Positions 9,976 to 21,917 are shown, counted from the stretch's first letter. The stretch is DNA of 64,000 bases from Syntrophales bacterium (GCA_963662405.2 CAXXKT010000001.1:352001-416000); one strand, 5' to 3'. Numbers and translations: made by a program. Notes: generated by a model from the letters alone, not told the origin.

Positions 9976-11052
9976 TCAGCTATCACATGAGGAGGAGCAG
10001 GACAAGACCTGGTTCCCTCTTTGGCCGCTCAACTGCCCGCAGGCGGCCAGGATATCATCCCCCTTGCTGGGGCGGGTCATCGTCGTGTAATGTTCCTGGA
10101 CGAGGATATCGTGAAACACCCTGATTTTCTTGTCCGAAGGCCGTTTGAATGCCGATCCCTGAAACTCATTGAAGGGAATCAGGTTGAATTTACAATGCAC
10201 CTCTCTGACGAGCGATGCGAGCGCCTTCGCGTCTTTTTCCGAATCGTTGACCCCGTCCATCAGGATATATTCGAAAGTAATCATTCTCCGTCTCGGCATG
10301 GGATAGTGCCGACAGGCATCGATGAGTCCCTTGAGGGGAAATTTTTTGTTGACCGGCATCAGGTATGACCGCCTCCTGTCGTCGGGCGCATTGAGTGAAA
10401 CGGCAAGATTGACGGCCGCATCCTCCCCGAGACGGCGTATCATCGGCGTGATCCCGCACGTGGATACCGTTATTTTTCTTTTTGAGAATGCCGGTCCGGT
10501 ATCGGAGGTGATAATCTCGATCGCCGTGAGGATATTTTCATAATTGGCGAGGGGTTCCCCCATTCCCATCATGACGATGTTCTTGATATCCTCTCCCTCC
10601 GGCGTGTTGAATCGGAGGGCCGTTACCTGTCCGGCGATTTCCGCGGGAAAGAGATTCCTTGTGAGGCCATATCTCCCGGTGAGACAGAACCGGCACCCCA
10701 TGGCACACCCAACTTGGGTAGAGATGCACTGGGTCCAGTGGTTGCGCTCTCGGATAAGGACGCTTTCTATGAAACGGTCGTCTTCCAGCCTGAAAAGGAC
10801 CTTTTTCGTCCCGTCCTGCGATTCCTGTATCTCTTCAATCCGCGGAAGGGCGGCACGGGCGAGTGTGGCGATCTCTTCCCGGAAGACCTTTGAAAGATTG
10901 GTCATTTCCTCAAAGGATGTGACTCCCGAGCGGTGAATCCACTTCATGATCTGGCGCGCCCGGTATTGTTCCTTTCCGAGACGAGCGATAAATGTCTCGA
11001 TCTCATCGAGTGTCATACCGGTGAGATTGGGTAAATCCTTGTCACTGTTCAT
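9976..11052 (-). CDS. rlmN: 23S rRNA/tRNA m2A methyltransferase RlmN
   Basis: CISTQVGCAMGCRFC, MGMGEP, AACGQL. Confidence 0.95.
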   Translation of the reverse strand: MNSDKDLPNLTGMTLDEIETFIARLGKEQYRARQIMKWIHRSGVTSFEEMTNLSKVFREEIATLARAALPRIEEIQESQDGTKKVLFRLEDDRFIESVLIRERNHWTQCISTQVGCAMGCRFCLTGRYGLTRNLFPAEIAGQVTALRFNTPEGEDIKNIVMMGMGEPLANYENILTAIEIITSDTGPAFSKRKITVSTCGITPMIRRLGEDAAVNLAVSLNAPDDRRRSYLMPVNKKFPLKGLIDACRHYPMPRRRMITFEYILMDGVNDSEKDAKALASLVREVHCKFNLIPFNEFQGSAFKRPSDKKIRVFHDILVQEHYTTMTRPSKGDDILAACGQLSGQRGNQVLSCSSSCDS

Positions 11053-11108
11053 ACGGTTTCTCTGAGGTATCGTCGGTTTTTGCTTCCTCGGTTGATGCTA
11101 TGTTTCCA

Positions 11109-12602
11109 TCAGCTGCGCCCTATCATCCCGATGAAATGACCGACAATCGTTTTGTCAAGTTTGCCCTCGTTTGCTTCTTTTTGGAGTACGGCAAAGGCTT
11201 CCTCCCGGGACAGAGCGTTTCTATACGGCCGGTTTGAAATGAGCGCGTCAAAGATATCAACGATAGCGGCTATCCGCGCTATGATGGATATTTCGTCTTC
11301 TTTCAGACCATCCGGATATCCGCTCCCGTCGAGTTTCTCGTGATGGTATCTGATAACATCAAGGGCCAACCCCAGACTCTTCCTGAGAGGAAGGCATATG
11401 TTACAGCTCACATCAGGGTGAGTCTTGACGATCTCGAACTCGTCAGGAGTCAGTTTTCCCGGCCTGTTTAAGATCTCTCCGGGAACGCTTATTTTACCGA
11501 TATCATGGAGAATCCCCCCGAGGCGTAAGGCATCGATCTCTTCTTCCGACAGTTCCATCTTCTTGCCGAGAGTCACCGCCATATCGGCTACCCGAAGGCT
11601 ATGCCCCTGAGCATAGACATCTTTTGCCTCCACTGTGTTCGCCATGGAAACAAGAACATGCTCTATGCTGGTCAGCTTTTTGTTGAGGGAGCTTCTCTTT
11701 AAAAGAGACTCAACCCTGGCAGTCAATTCATCTCTCTCGGGAGGCGCTACCATGAAATCATCAGCCCCCGCTTCTATCGCACGGATCTTGTCTCTCCTGT
11801 CATTTGATCCGGTCAGGATAATAACAGGGATACCCTGGGTATCTTCTCTTTCCTTGAGGCGACGGCAGATTTCATAACTGTCCGTCCTGGATAATACATG
11901 ATCGATTATGACGAGAGAAATATCCATTGTATCGGCGGCGAGCAGGACTTCGTCTCCGCTGGAAACCATTATGATCTCGCAACCGGGATTGGCTATTTCG
12001 AGGAACGTGACGGTAGTATTTGTTTGCCCGGCATTGCCGACTAACATTATCCGCGGTTTTTTCCCGGATACCGACAACCCACCCTCTCGGTGAAAGGAGA
12101 CACTGTTGACCATACCGTTTTCTGCTTTGGCAAGAGATTCGTGGGCCTTCTGAATCAGGATATCCCCGTAGACTGCATCCCGAGGACATGTCGACACACC
12201 CGCGCTCAGGGTCATCTCTCCCCGGGTGAAGTCCTCGAAATCAGACCATATACGATCCACGGCCGTGTAAGGAGGTTCGGCAGGATGGTTGGTCAGGATC
12301 ACGGCAAAGATGCCTTCGGCGTAGCGAGCCGCGATGTCACACCGGCGGATCTTCTGTTTTATGATCTTCGCGGCTTCTTTTAAGACACGGTCCGCCTGTG
12401 ATATGCCGTTTTGCTCCCGGTAAAGAGAGAACGAATCTATCTGAATCAGGATAAGGGTAAAGGATGTTCCGTATCGACGTGACCTGACGGACTCCCACTC
12501 TAAGATGACCTGAAAAACATCGCGCGTCGCCAGGTTGGTCAAGGCATCGACCGAACGGTTTTTTGGGGGTATACCGTTATTTTCTCTGCTCTGATTTTCC
12601 AT
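11109..12602 (-). CDS. degenerate GGDEF-REC-HD-GYP c-di-GMP phosphodiesterase
   Basis: GGDEF position reads AEGIF; receiver domain; HDIGK and HHEKLDGSGYP intact. Confidence 0.85.
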   Translation of the reverse strand: MENQSRENNGIPPKNRSVDALTNLATRDVFQVILEWESVRSRRYGTSFTLILIQIDSFSLYREQNGISQADRVLKEAAKIIKQKIRRCDIAARYAEGIFAVILTNHPAEPPYTAVDRIWSDFEDFTRGEMTLSAGVSTCPRDAVYGDILIQKAHESLAKAENGMVNSVSFHREGGLSVSGKKPRIMLVGNAGQTNTTVTFLEIANPGCEIIMVSSGDEVLLAADTMDISLVIIDHVLSRTDSYEICRRLKEREDTQGIPVIILTGSNDRRDKIRAIEAGADDFMVAPPERDELTARVESLLKRSSLNKKLTSIEHVLVSMANTVEAKDVYAQGHSLRVADMAVTLGKKMELSEEEIDALRLGGILHDIGKISVPGEILNRPGKLTPDEFEIVKTHPDVSCNICLPLRKSLGLALDVIRYHHEKLDGSGYPDGLKEDEISIIARIAAIVDIFDALISNRPYRNALSREEAFAVLQKEANEGKLDKTIVGHFIGMIGRS

Positions 12603-12796
12603 TGCACTCCTTCTGTTGTGGCCGGGGTCCCTTCTCTGTTTATACGATATCATATTTTCTTTCGCCGATTCAAACAGGAGCGCATGCTATCACTAAGCAG
12701 GTGGACGTGCAAGGTATGTGTAGAGCACTGAGTTGTTTCAGAGAGGTATTTTGTGATAGGACAGGACAAACATCTGACTGAAAGAAGGGATGAAAG

Positions 12797-15421
12797 GTGA
12801 GGAGAGAAAATCTGACACCGGCGATGCGGCAGTATCTTGAGATCAAGGATCTTCACAAGGACTGTATCATCTTTTTCCGGATGGGTGATTTCTATGAGAT
12901 GTTCTTTGAGGACGCGCAGGTGGCCTCAAAGGCCCTGCAGATCACACTGACATCCCGAAACCGAAACAAGGGCAGCGAAGACGCAATCCCCTTGTGCGGT
13001 GTCCCATATCATGCAGCCGCGGCGTATATATCGAAACTCGTCAACCAGGGCTTTAAAGTGGCCATATGTGAACAGATGGAAGACCCCAAAGATGCGAAAG
13101 GAATCGTCAAAAGAGAGGTCGTGCGTATCGTTACTCCGGGGTTGATTCTCGATTCAGACAACCTTGAGGAAAAGGAAAACAATTTTCTCATCGGTGTATC
13201 GAGGGTAGATGGGTTTTTCGGCCTGGCCTGTGTGGATGTCTCGACGGGTGAGTTCCGTGTGACACAATCGGACGACGGTGAGATCTTCTTGGACGAGATC
13301 GCCGGACTCGATTTCCGGGAAATGATCATGTACGAAGATTTGCGGGAAGACGCCTTCGCCCTGGCATGCGGTGCACGCTCCCCGGGGTGCAGCGTTACCT
13401 GGCTCCCCGCCGATTATTTCTCTCCGGATAAAGCTTCCTCTGTTATTGATGATTTGTTTCAGGAGACTACAAAGCACATTTTTCAAGGACATCCGGCAAT
13501 GGCCGGCGCGGCAGGGGCGGTCCTCCGATATGTAAAGGAAACGCAGAACGAAAGTCTTAATCACATCAATACGATTCGCCGGTACGATATCACCGATTAT
13601 CTCGTCCTGGATGACACCGCGAAAAACAATCTCGAGCTTTTTGTCACGATCCAGGGGGGGCGAAAAAAGGGGTCTCTCTTTCATGTCCTCGACGAGACGA
13701 TGACCGCCATGGGAGGGAGAAGACTCCGCCGCTGGCTCACCTATCCCCTGGTCGATCCGGATCGGATCAGGGAACGGCTTGCCGCCGTCTCTGAGATAAA
13801 AGAAGATCACCTGCTCAGAGGAGAGATCCGGGCCTCCCTCGCCGACATCTACGATCTTGAACGCCTTGGCAGCCGTGTCTCCATGGGGATTGCAAATGGG
13901 AGAGATCTGGTTTCACTGGGGCGATCTCTGCGTTTGATCCCACCGATAAAGAGCGCCCTCTCACGGTTTGAATCTACCTTGATATCAAAGGTTTGCAGTG
14001 AAATGGATACCCTCTCCGATGTGGCGGACCTGATTGAGCGTTCGATTGTGGAAGATCCCCCGATAACTATCCGCGATGGCTATCTCATCAAACAGGGGTA
14101 TGACGATGACCTTGACAAGCTGGTTTCGCTCAGCACGGATGGAAAAAAATGGATCGCCTCCATGGAGGAAAAAGAGCGGAAGAAAACCGGGATCGCTACA
14201 CTCAAGATCGGTTTCAATAATGTATTCGGGTATTATATTGAGGTGACCAAGGCAAACAGCGCCATGGTCCCCGATGAATATGTCCGGAAGCAGACGCTGG
14301 TCAATGCCGAGCGGTATATTAACCAGGAATTGAAAGAATACGAGGTGCTCGTCCTGAATGCAGAGGACCGGAGAAAAAAGAAGGAGCATGACCTCTTTGT
14401 CAATATACGGGAAAAGGTCGCTCACCACATCCTGCGGATACAGAAGACTGCCTCGCATCTTGCGGACTTGGATGCTATCGCCTCCTTGGCGGAAATTGCC
14501 GAGCGGTACGATTTCCGCTGTCCACGGATTACCAGTGATGACCGGTTGGAGATACAGGAGGGGAGACATCCCGTCGTGGAGCGAATGGAAACGGATGGCG
14601 GGTTTGTCCCCAACGACACCGTCATGAATCGCACCGCCAATCGTTTCCTGATCATCACCGGGCCCAACATGGCGGGGAAATCGACATACATACGCCAGGT
14701 GGCGGTGATCGTTCTGATGGCACAGATGGGATCTTTCGTCCCCGCGACGCAGGCTGTCATCGGTGTCGTTGACCGGATATTCACCCGGGTCGGGGCGGGA
14801 GACAGTCTCTCATCGGGACAAAGCACCTTCATGGTCGAGATGACGGAAGTGGCAAACATCCTGAAAAACGCCACCGAGCGGAGCCTGATTCTTCTGGATG
14901 AGGTCGGAAGGGGAACGAGCACCTTTGACGGTCTCAGCATCGCTTGGGCGGTGGCGGAATATATCCATAACACGGACAGGATCGGGGCACGAACGCTCTT
15001 TGCCACCCACTATCACGAACTGACGGACCTCGCACGGACCATGGACGGGATAAAAAATCTGAGCGTTGCGGTCAAGGAATGGGGCGACCGGGTAATCTTT
15101 CTTCGTACCATCGTTGAGGGGGGAACGAACCGGAGCTACGGCATCGAGGTGGCGCGTCTTGCCGGGGTTCCCGATGAGGTGGTGTCACGGGCCAGGGAGG
15201 TGCTGAGAAACCTGGAAAAAGGTGAGCTGGACGAGATCGGAATGCCAAAAATCGGCAGGAGTAAGACACCACGAAAGGGGGAACCCACCGGCCAGTTAAA
15301 CCTTTTTACCGACAAGGAAACGCGCCTGATCAACGAGTTGAAAGAGGTCGATGTCATGCGGATGACCCCCCTGGAGGCACTCGACCGGATCAGTGAGTGG
15401 CAAAAGATCGTGAAGGATTAA
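12797..15421 (+). CDS. mutS: DNA mismatch repair protein MutS
   Basis: [29 protein letters not shown]. Confidence 0.97.
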   Translation: MRRENLTPAMRQYLEIKDLHKDCIIFFRMGDFYEMFFEDAQVASKALQITLTSRNRNKGSEDAIPLCGVPYHAAAAYISKLVNQGFKVAICEQMEDPKDAKGIVKREVVRIVTPGLILDSDNLEEKENNFLIGVSRVDGFFGLACVDVSTGEFRVTQSDDGEIFLDEIAGLDFREMIMYEDLREDAFALACGARSPGCSVTWLPADYFSPDKASSVIDDLFQETTKHIFQGHPAMAGAAGAVLRYVKETQNESLNHINTIRRYDITDYLVLDDTAKNNLELFVTIQGGRKKGSLFHVLDETMTAMGGRRLRRWLTYPLVDPDRIRERLAAVSEIKEDHLLRGEIRASLADIYDLERLGSRVSMGIANGRDLVSLGRSLRLIPPIKSALSRFESTLISKVCSEMDTLSDVADLIERSIVEDPPITIRDGYLIKQGYDDDLDKLVSLSTDGKKWIASMEEKERKKTGIATLKIGFNNVFGYYIEVTKANSAMVPDEYVRKQTLVNAERYINQELKEYEVLVLNAEDRRKKKEHDLFVNIREKVAHHILRIQKTASHLADLDAIASLAEIAERYDFRCPRITSDDRLEIQEGRHPVVERMETDGGFVPNDTVMNRTANRFLIITGPNMAGKSTYIRQVAVIVLMAQMGSFVPATQAVIGVVDRIFTRVGAGDSLSSGQSTFMVEMTEVANILKNATERSLILLDEVGRGTSTFDGLSIAWAVAEYIHNTDRIGARTLFATHYHELTDLARTMDGIKNLSVAVKEWGDRVIFLRTIVEGGTNRSYGIEVARLAGVPDEVVSRAREVLRNLEKGELDEIGMPKIGRSKTPRKGEPTGQLNLFTDKETRLINELKEVDVMRMTPLEALDRISEWQKIVKD

Positions 15422-15423
15422 AG

Positions 15424-17739
15424 CTATTTAATGCACACCCTGCGCACCTGACCGAAATCCGTATGACCCTGCAGAACCTTCATGATTCCGTCCTGCAGGA
15501 GAGTCGACATCCCCTGGGCAATGGCCGTATCTCGCAGGGTTTCCACGTTCTCGTGCTTCTGTATCAGCCGCTTTATTTCATCCGTCGCGACGAGGAGTTC
15601 ATGGACGCCCATTCTGCCTCGGTACCCCGTCCTGCCGCACGCGTTGCACCCTTTGGCCTGGTAGAGTTTGAAGTTGTCATTGTATGGTATGTTCAACCGG
15701 GCAAACCGTTCTTCGCCGTAGCTTACCGCCAGTTCATCGTATTCTTCCCGCGTTGGATGGTATTCTTCCTTGCATCGCCTGCACAACGTTCGAACCAGCC
15801 TCTGGGCCAAGATCCCCAAGAGCGAATCGGCAAAATTCAGCGGGTCGATCCCCATATCGAGCAGGCGTACGATCGTTTCGGGGGCACTGTTCGTGTGGAG
15901 GGTACTGAAGACCAGATGCCCGGTCAGTGAGGCCTCCACACCGATCTTCGCCGTTTCGTAATCCCTCATCTCCCCCACCATGATCACATCCGGATCGGCC
16001 CTGAGAAAAGCGCGCATGGCGTGGGCAAAGTCGAAACCGATCTTCGGGTTGACCTGCACCTGCCTGAGGCCGTTTTGCGAGATCTCCACAGGATCTTCCG
16101 CGGTCCATATCTTGGTCTCCGGCCTGTTTATGTGGTGCAACGCCGAATGGAGTGCCGTCGTCTTCCCGGAACCCGTGGGGCCGACGGCGAGGATCATGCC
16201 GTACGGTTTCTTGAGGAGATCGAGGAGATTTTCATAATTATAGGCGGACAGGGCCATCTCCTCGAGCCGCATGACCTCTCCCCCACTGGCCAGGATACGC
16301 ATCACGACGTCTTCAACGCCCCCCTGTGTGGGAACGGTGGCAACACGGAGTTCTATCTCGTCACCCTTTGAACGCCTGAATTTGATCTTCCCGTCCTGCG
16401 GCACCCGCCGCTCGGTAATATCAAGGTTCGAGATGATCTTGATCCTCGACACCAGGGCCGAACGATAGTTAAAGGGAACCGTCTGATACGTCGCCAGATC
16501 ACCATCCACCCGGTATCGCACCTCGACGTTTTTCTTGCGTACGTTTGGCTCGATATGAATATCCGATGCATTGCGTATATATGCATCATTGATAATCCGG
16601 TTGACCAGCTGCATAATGACGCTATCCGACTCGGTGACTTCCTCCTCCTCGATCTCAAAATCATCATCGGCATCAAGCCTGCCTATAATATCAGTGATCG
16701 AAGCGGCGGTATCTCCGGCTTGATAGAAGTGGTTAATGAATTTCAGTATATCGTCGTACAGTGCCACATCATACTCTACCGCCCGGTTCCTGAGAAGATT
16801 TTCAATCATGTCCTGCTTCAAGACATTATTGGGGTCATCTATAACCACCCGTATCTTTCCGTCCTTTTTCTCCAAGGGGATCCACATCTCGCGGCGCAGG
16901 TATTCCTCTTTCAGGTTTTTCAGGAGATCAAAAGGGATGGGATATTTACTGTTGAAAGAGACAAACCGGCAATTATAAAATTCTTCCAGAGAGCGGCCCA
17001 TGTCTTCCTTTGACACCTTACAGGCCCTCATCAGGTATGATTCGACCGTCTCCCGGTTTTTCTTCGTTTCAACCCATGCCTTCTCCAGGTCTTCCTCTCT
17101 GATCAGGCCACGGGTCAACAGGTAGTTGAAACGGGTCTTCCTCTTGCGGCTGACCCTCTCCTGGTTGTGGAAGGCGGTTCCGAGAACATCCGCCATCTCT
17201 TTGAGAAAGATCTGATCCTCCGCGGCAAATTGTTTTCCATCCTCCCTGTTCAGGATCTGAATGACACCCATCAGGGTATCATCGTGGAGAATCGGCATGG
17301 CCAGTATCTGGGCGGTTTTAAATCCCGATTTTCTGTCCCAGCTCGAGTCGAAGGTCAGTTCCGGATTAATCCCCTCCAGTTCCTGTTTGTCATAGGCATC
17401 GGCTATATTGGCTATCTCTTTGTTATGGGCCACGTACCCGGCGATGCTCCGATTATCGATGGGAAGCCGGATCTCCTTCAATTGTGACCCAGCCATAAAC
17501 ATCGAATATATCTCGTTGTTATTCCTGTCAGCAACATATATGGTAATAGAGTGGGCATTGAAGAGGGCGAGGATGTCATCTCTCAGACCGATCAGTATCT
17601 GCTTGAGATTGGTTGCGGCGTGGATCCGATTGGTAATGTCTTGAAGGGCCTTACTAAAGCTGAGCTTCTCCCGCAGCTCCGTTATCTGGGCCTTGACCGC
17701 CTTTTCATCTCCCCCTGGCTTTTGTTGGAAGATAGCCAT
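15424..17739 (-). CDS. GAF-domain GspE/PilB-family secretion ATPase
   Basis: N-terminal GAF; ASDIHIEP, GPTGSGKTT, DPDVIMVGEMRD, CxxC pairs; alternative start 17760. Confidence 0.9.
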   Translation of the reverse strand: MAIFQQKPGGDEKAVKAQITELREKLSFSKALQDITNRIHAATNLKQILIGLRDDILALFNAHSITIYVADRNNNEIYSMFMAGSQLKEIRLPIDNRSIAGYVAHNKEIANIADAYDKQELEGINPELTFDSSWDRKSGFKTAQILAMPILHDDTLMGVIQILNREDGKQFAAEDQIFLKEMADVLGTAFHNQERVSRKRKTRFNYLLTRGLIREEDLEKAWVETKKNRETVESYLMRACKVSKEDMGRSLEEFYNCRFVSFNSKYPIPFDLLKNLKEEYLRREMWIPLEKKDGKIRVVIDDPNNVLKQDMIENLLRNRAVEYDVALYDDILKFINHFYQAGDTAASITDIIGRLDADDDFEIEEEEVTESDSVIMQLVNRIINDAYIRNASDIHIEPNVRKKNVEVRYRVDGDLATYQTVPFNYRSALVSRIKIISNLDITERRVPQDGKIKFRRSKGDEIELRVATVPTQGGVEDVVMRILASGGEVMRLEEMALSAYNYENLLDLLKKPYGMILAVGPTGSGKTTALHSALHHINRPETKIWTAEDPVEISQNGLRQVQVNPKIGFDFAHAMRAFLRADPDVIMVGEMRDYETAKIGVEASLTGHLVFSTLHTNSAPETIVRLLDMGIDPLNFADSLLGILAQRLVRTLCRRCKEEYHPTREEYDELAVSYGEERFARLNIPYNDNFKLYQAKGCNACGRTGYRGRMGVHELLVATDEIKRLIQKHENVETLRDTAIAQGMSTLLQDGIMKVLQGHTDFGQVRRVCIK

Positions 17740-18101
17740 ATTTCTTACCCCGCCTTCCATATGATCAACACAGGCACGTATAACATGCGGCGAGTATAAA
17801 GCATACTGTGTGTAATTACAAGGCGCATCCGGGTGAACGGGCGTGCAAATCTCCCTTTTATTCTTGACAAATCAAGCCAGTACCATTACGAACAATCATG
17901 TATACAGAACAGATAATCAAACCGGAATCTCCTACAAAAGCCCACTCTTCCTCGAAACCATGTTATACTATAGATCGTCGGGGTTAAACTCAGATATAGG
18001 TGATTGAAATAGTTTGATCGTCACAATACGTTCAGGAAGAATACTCCGAGGGAAGATCGGTAAGATTTCTGATCTTCAATCGGAGCAGGGAGAGGGAAAA
18101 G

Positions 18102-20684
18102 ATGAAAGTGAAATGGTATGCTGATAAGCTGTTTTCGAGAAACAAAGGGCTATATCACTGGATGAATCTTATCTTCGCCCTCTTCTTTCTCGTTCCCGTC
18201 GGCGGTTTTATCTTTTTCGGCCTCAGGTATGACATTGTAGCGGACCAGTATTTTGCGCTCTTTTTTCTTTTCTTCCTGATCTTTTCGTTACTCGGGTTCA
18301 TCATACTCCGCAGGATCTTTGACCGGGTGACCGCCATCTCGAAAGAGATTTCGGAAAGGATCGCAGGTGAATTTCTCATCGATCAGCCACAGAACGGTCC
18401 GGATGTCCTCAACAACATCATAGAAACCTTCGGCACCCTGGAGGGGCGATTCGGGGTGACGTTCGGACAACTGCAGCAAAAGGTTACGGAAATATCCGCC
18501 CTGAAAGAGCTTTCGGACCTCTGTTATGTCACCTTTGATACCGATGAGATCCTGTACGTGACCCTGGAGAGGGCCTTGAAACTGACGCATGCCGACCTCG
18601 GATCTATCCTGATTCTCGAACGTCCGCATAGAAAGACATTCGTCGTCAAGGCGACCATCGGCCTTGGGGATCACCTCAAACTGGGCGAAAGGATCGATTT
18701 CGCGGACAGTATCGCTAAATATGCGGTTATTAACAAATCGCCTCTGGTTGTTGAAGATATTGAAAAGGATACCCGTTTTGCCCGAAAGAATCGCCAGCAC
18801 TATGCCACGAAATCCTTTGTGTGCATGCCCATCCGAACAATGCGTGACATTGTGGGGGTACTGACGATCTCCCGGAAGGATGACACCCATCTCTTTACGA
18901 ATGCGGATGTCGAGATCTTGGGTCCTCTTTTGGGAAATGCCGCCTTTACCTACGAAAATTTGAACCTCCTGGAGGAGAAAAAAGAAACGGGTTCCCACCT
19001 TGACGCCGTCCAGAAGATCATTCAGGTTATCAACTCAAGCCTGAGAGGAACTGAACTCTTCCACGCGATATTGGACGAGATGCAATCGGTCCTTTTGTTC
19101 GAGCTTGCGCTAATCTTGATAAAAGACGACATCAGACCGAATGAGCTAAAACTGCTCGATTTTACAGCTACCGGTTCGGGTCTTCTCCAGAAAGAGACCT
19201 ATCATCCCTATCAGGGATCGATATTCGAGAAAGTCCTGAAACAGGGTGTTACGCTGGTTATCGATGATATCGCCACACTCGAACATGAGAGTGAGAAGGG
19301 GTTTCTTTCCGGTCATCGATCCTGCGTTCTCGTACCCCTCAAGACAGGGGGGGATATCGCGGGGATCATGGTCCTGTGTGCGGAAAAAGCAGATCTCTTT
19401 TATCGATTACGGGAACTGATCGACAGAATAGCGGATGCCCTTTCTCTCGCCATCGAGAGAAACCGCCTCACCGACTATGTCGTCAAACGTGATCAAGAGC
19501 TGGATACCCTGAAACAGATCGGCAGTGCCCTCGCCTCTTCCACCTTCGACATCAGCCAGGTCCTGAACTATACCATGGATATGATCAGCGTGGCCATGAG
19601 TGTTGAGGCTGGCGTCTTGCTCCTGATGGGTGATGAGGGACTTGAATATACCGTCACACTCAATATTGATATGGCAAAATTGAAAGGAATGAATATCAAG
19701 GTGGGACAGGGCGTTGCCGGATACGTCGCGGCCCGGGGGAACGCGGTCATTGTAAACGATATGCTCAGGTCTTCTCTCTTTTCGCCCGATGTTGATGCGG
19801 CTACCGGGTTTCATACCCGGTCCATACTGTGTGTCCCCATGATATCAGAGGGAAAGGTCGCCGGCGTTATCGAAGTGCTGAACAAGCAGAACGGTGATTT
19901 TGATTCCGGCGATCGGCAGCTGTTGGAATCTATTGCGTCTTCGGTCAGCGTGGCCATAGAAAATGCCAACCACTACCATGAAACCGTCTTAATGGCTCAA
20001 AAAGAAGGGAGAATCCGTCGCGTCTTTCAGAAATTCGTCCCCGCGGAGATTGTCGACAGGATCGTTCACGACACAGAGACCGGGGAACTTGCGGTCGAAG
20101 AGTTCAGGATGCTCACTCTTATCAATATCGACATACGGGGCTTTTCGCCCCTTGCCCATAAGATCGGGGCGCAAAAAACCGTTCATATGCTCAACCGTTT
20201 TTTTTCCGTGATGGGGGAGGTTGTCTTCAAGCATCACGGGATTGTCGACAAGTACCTTGGCGATGGGTTCCTGGCGATATTCGGCGCTCCCGTCTCCAGT
20301 CAGAGAGACGCCGAAAATGCCCTTGCCGCGGCGATCGAGATGAAAAAATCGATCGCAGAGGTAAGCGCGTACTGGTTGCGAGAGGTGGGTGACCCCTTGC
20401 ACGTCGGCATCAGCGTGCACACGGGGGAAGTCGTTGTGGGGAACATCGGGTTTGACAAAAAGATGGACTATACCGTCATCGGTGACGCGGTCAATACGGT
20501 CTTCCGGCTCCAGGCGCTTGCGCGGGCATATCCCAATAGTATCCTGATCAGTGAGGACACCCTCCGCGATTCCCAAACCGACTTGGAGGTGCGTGAGGTT
20601 GAAGTCTCCGACACCTCTTCCATCGGGGGGCTCACGGTATACGAACTGATCGGGAACAAGACGGATGATCGAACATCCGCATAA
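18102..20684 (+). CDS. membrane-anchored multi-GAF class III adenylate cyclase
   Basis: 2 TM, three GAF-like domains, DIRGF, DKYLGD, DYTVIGDAVN..RL (K/D pair indicates ATP specificity). Confidence 0.85.
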   Translation: MKVKWYADKLFSRNKGLYHWMNLIFALFFLVPVGGFIFFGLRYDIVADQYFALFFLFFLIFSLLGFIILRRIFDRVTAISKEISERIAGEFLIDQPQNGPDVLNNIIETFGTLEGRFGVTFGQLQQKVTEISALKELSDLCYVTFDTDEILYVTLERALKLTHADLGSILILERPHRKTFVVKATIGLGDHLKLGERIDFADSIAKYAVINKSPLVVEDIEKDTRFARKNRQHYATKSFVCMPIRTMRDIVGVLTISRKDDTHLFTNADVEILGPLLGNAAFTYENLNLLEEKKETGSHLDAVQKIIQVINSSLRGTELFHAILDEMQSVLLFELALILIKDDIRPNELKLLDFTATGSGLLQKETYHPYQGSIFEKVLKQGVTLVIDDIATLEHESEKGFLSGHRSCVLVPLKTGGDIAGIMVLCAEKADLFYRLRELIDRIADALSLAIERNRLTDYVVKRDQELDTLKQIGSALASSTFDISQVLNYTMDMISVAMSVEAGVLLLMGDEGLEYTVTLNIDMAKLKGMNIKVGQGVAGYVAARGNAVIVNDMLRSSLFSPDVDAATGFHTRSILCVPMISEGKVAGVIEVLNKQNGDFDSGDRQLLESIASSVSVAIENANHYHETVLMAQKEGRIRRVFQKFVPAEIVDRIVHDTETGELAVEEFRMLTLINIDIRGFSPLAHKIGAQKTVHMLNRFFSVMGEVVFKHHGIVDKYLGDGFLAIFGAPVSSQRDAENALAAAIEMKKSIAEVSAYWLREVGDPLHVGISVHTGEVVVGNIGFDKKMDYTVIGDAVNTVFRLQALARAYPNSILISEDTLRDSQTDLEVREVEVSDTSSIGGLTVYELIGNKTDDRTSA

Positions 20685-20735
20685 TGCGGCGGGGCGATCC
20701 AGCCTCTGCCGATACCGGTCAAGGAGAGACAATTC

Positions 20736-21515
20736 TTAATCCCCGGGTCCCTTCTTTTCCGTATAGGCGTAGGCATTGTGATTGTGAATACTCTCCATAT
20801 TCTCCGCCTCCACGCTGTACCAGGTGAAGTTGGAGGAGGCGTTGAGTTTTTCCGCGACGGTCCTGACGACATCTTCGACGAACATCGGGTTCTGATACGC
20901 CGCCTCCGTTACATATTTTTCATCCGCCCGTTTGAGGAGCGAGAAGATCTCGCTGCTCGCCGATTCCTCCACCAGCCGGATGACGTCCTCGATCCAGAAG
21001 AATTTCTTGAATCTTAGAGTAACCCGGACTATGCTTCTCTGATTGTGCGCCCCCATTTCGCTGATTTCCTTTGAGCAGGGACAGGCGGTAGTGACCGGAA
21101 CGGCGATCCCCACCAGGAAGTCGGTTCGCTCGCCGTTGCTCTCTCCGCAGAAGGCACACTCGTACTCCATCAGACTCTTCGCCTTCGAGACGGGAGCTGT
21201 TTTCTCTACGAAGTAGGGGAAGCGTATCTCGATATGGGAAGATTCGGCGTTGAGCTTCTCTTTGATTCGTTGCAGGATAGTCCTAAACGTGTTGATGTTG
21301 ATCTGTCCCCGATACTCGTTCAAGATCTCTACAAAGCGACTCATGTGCGTCCCTTTGAAGCGGTGGGGGAGATTGACGTACATATTGACGGTGGCGTTGA
21401 CGTGCTGTTTCCCGTTTGCCTTGTCGAGGACGATGACGGGATACTTGATCCCTTTCACCCCCACTTTTTGAATATCGATCTTCCGGTGATCTTTGAGGTT
21501 CTGTATGTCTACCAT
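20736..21515 (-). CDS. folE2: GTP cyclohydrolase IB
   Basis: KGTHMSRF, CPCSKEIS..GAHNQRS, NPMFVED, ESIHNHNAYA. Confidence 0.95.
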   Translation of the reverse strand: MVDIQNLKDHRKIDIQKVGVKGIKYPVIVLDKANGKQHVNATVNMYVNLPHRFKGTHMSRFVEILNEYRGQININTFRTILQRIKEKLNAESSHIEIRFPYFVEKTAPVSKAKSLMEYECAFCGESNGERTDFLVGIAVPVTTACPCSKEISEMGAHNQRSIVRVTLRFKKFFWIEDVIRLVEESASSEIFSLLKRADEKYVTEAAYQNPMFVEDVVRTVAEKLNASSNFTWYSVEAENMESIHNHNAYAYTEKKGPGD

Positions 21516-21527
21516 TCCGATATGCCT

Positions 21528-21917
21528 TTATTGTTTCGAAGCGGAATACCCCGGTGAGGTGTAAACCGCCTTCGATCCCTCCGATTCCCATACCGCGACA
21601 CGGGATATGGTCAGGCCCAGCGGGGCAGCCTGTTCATCCAGTCGCTCACAAATAAATCGGGCGATCCTCTCCGCCGTGGGACTCACATCTTTGAACGGGT
21701 CGAGGTCATTAAGAAATGTATGGTCCAACTCCTTGAGAATCACGTGTAGCCACCGCTTCAGGACCCTGAAATCCAGGACCATGCCGTCTTTGTTCAGCTC
21801 TTCGGCTGCAACGGAGGTCTCCACCTTGAAATTGTGCCCGTGGAGCGGTTCGCGTTCACCCCCGATATCGAGGATATGGGCGGCGGAAAATGTTGTGTGC
21901 ACGGTAATCTCATACAT
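21528..21917 (-). CDS. queD: 6-carboxytetrahydropterin synthase
   Basis: FSAAH, HGHNF, LDHTFLN, PTAE, VWES. Confidence 0.85.
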   Translation of the reverse strand: MYEITVHTTFSAAHILDIGGEREPLHGHNFKVETSVAAEELNKDGMVLDFRVLKRWLHVILKELDHTFLNDLDPFKDVSPTAERIARFICERLDEQAAPLGLTISRVAVWESEGSKAVYTSPGYSASKQ

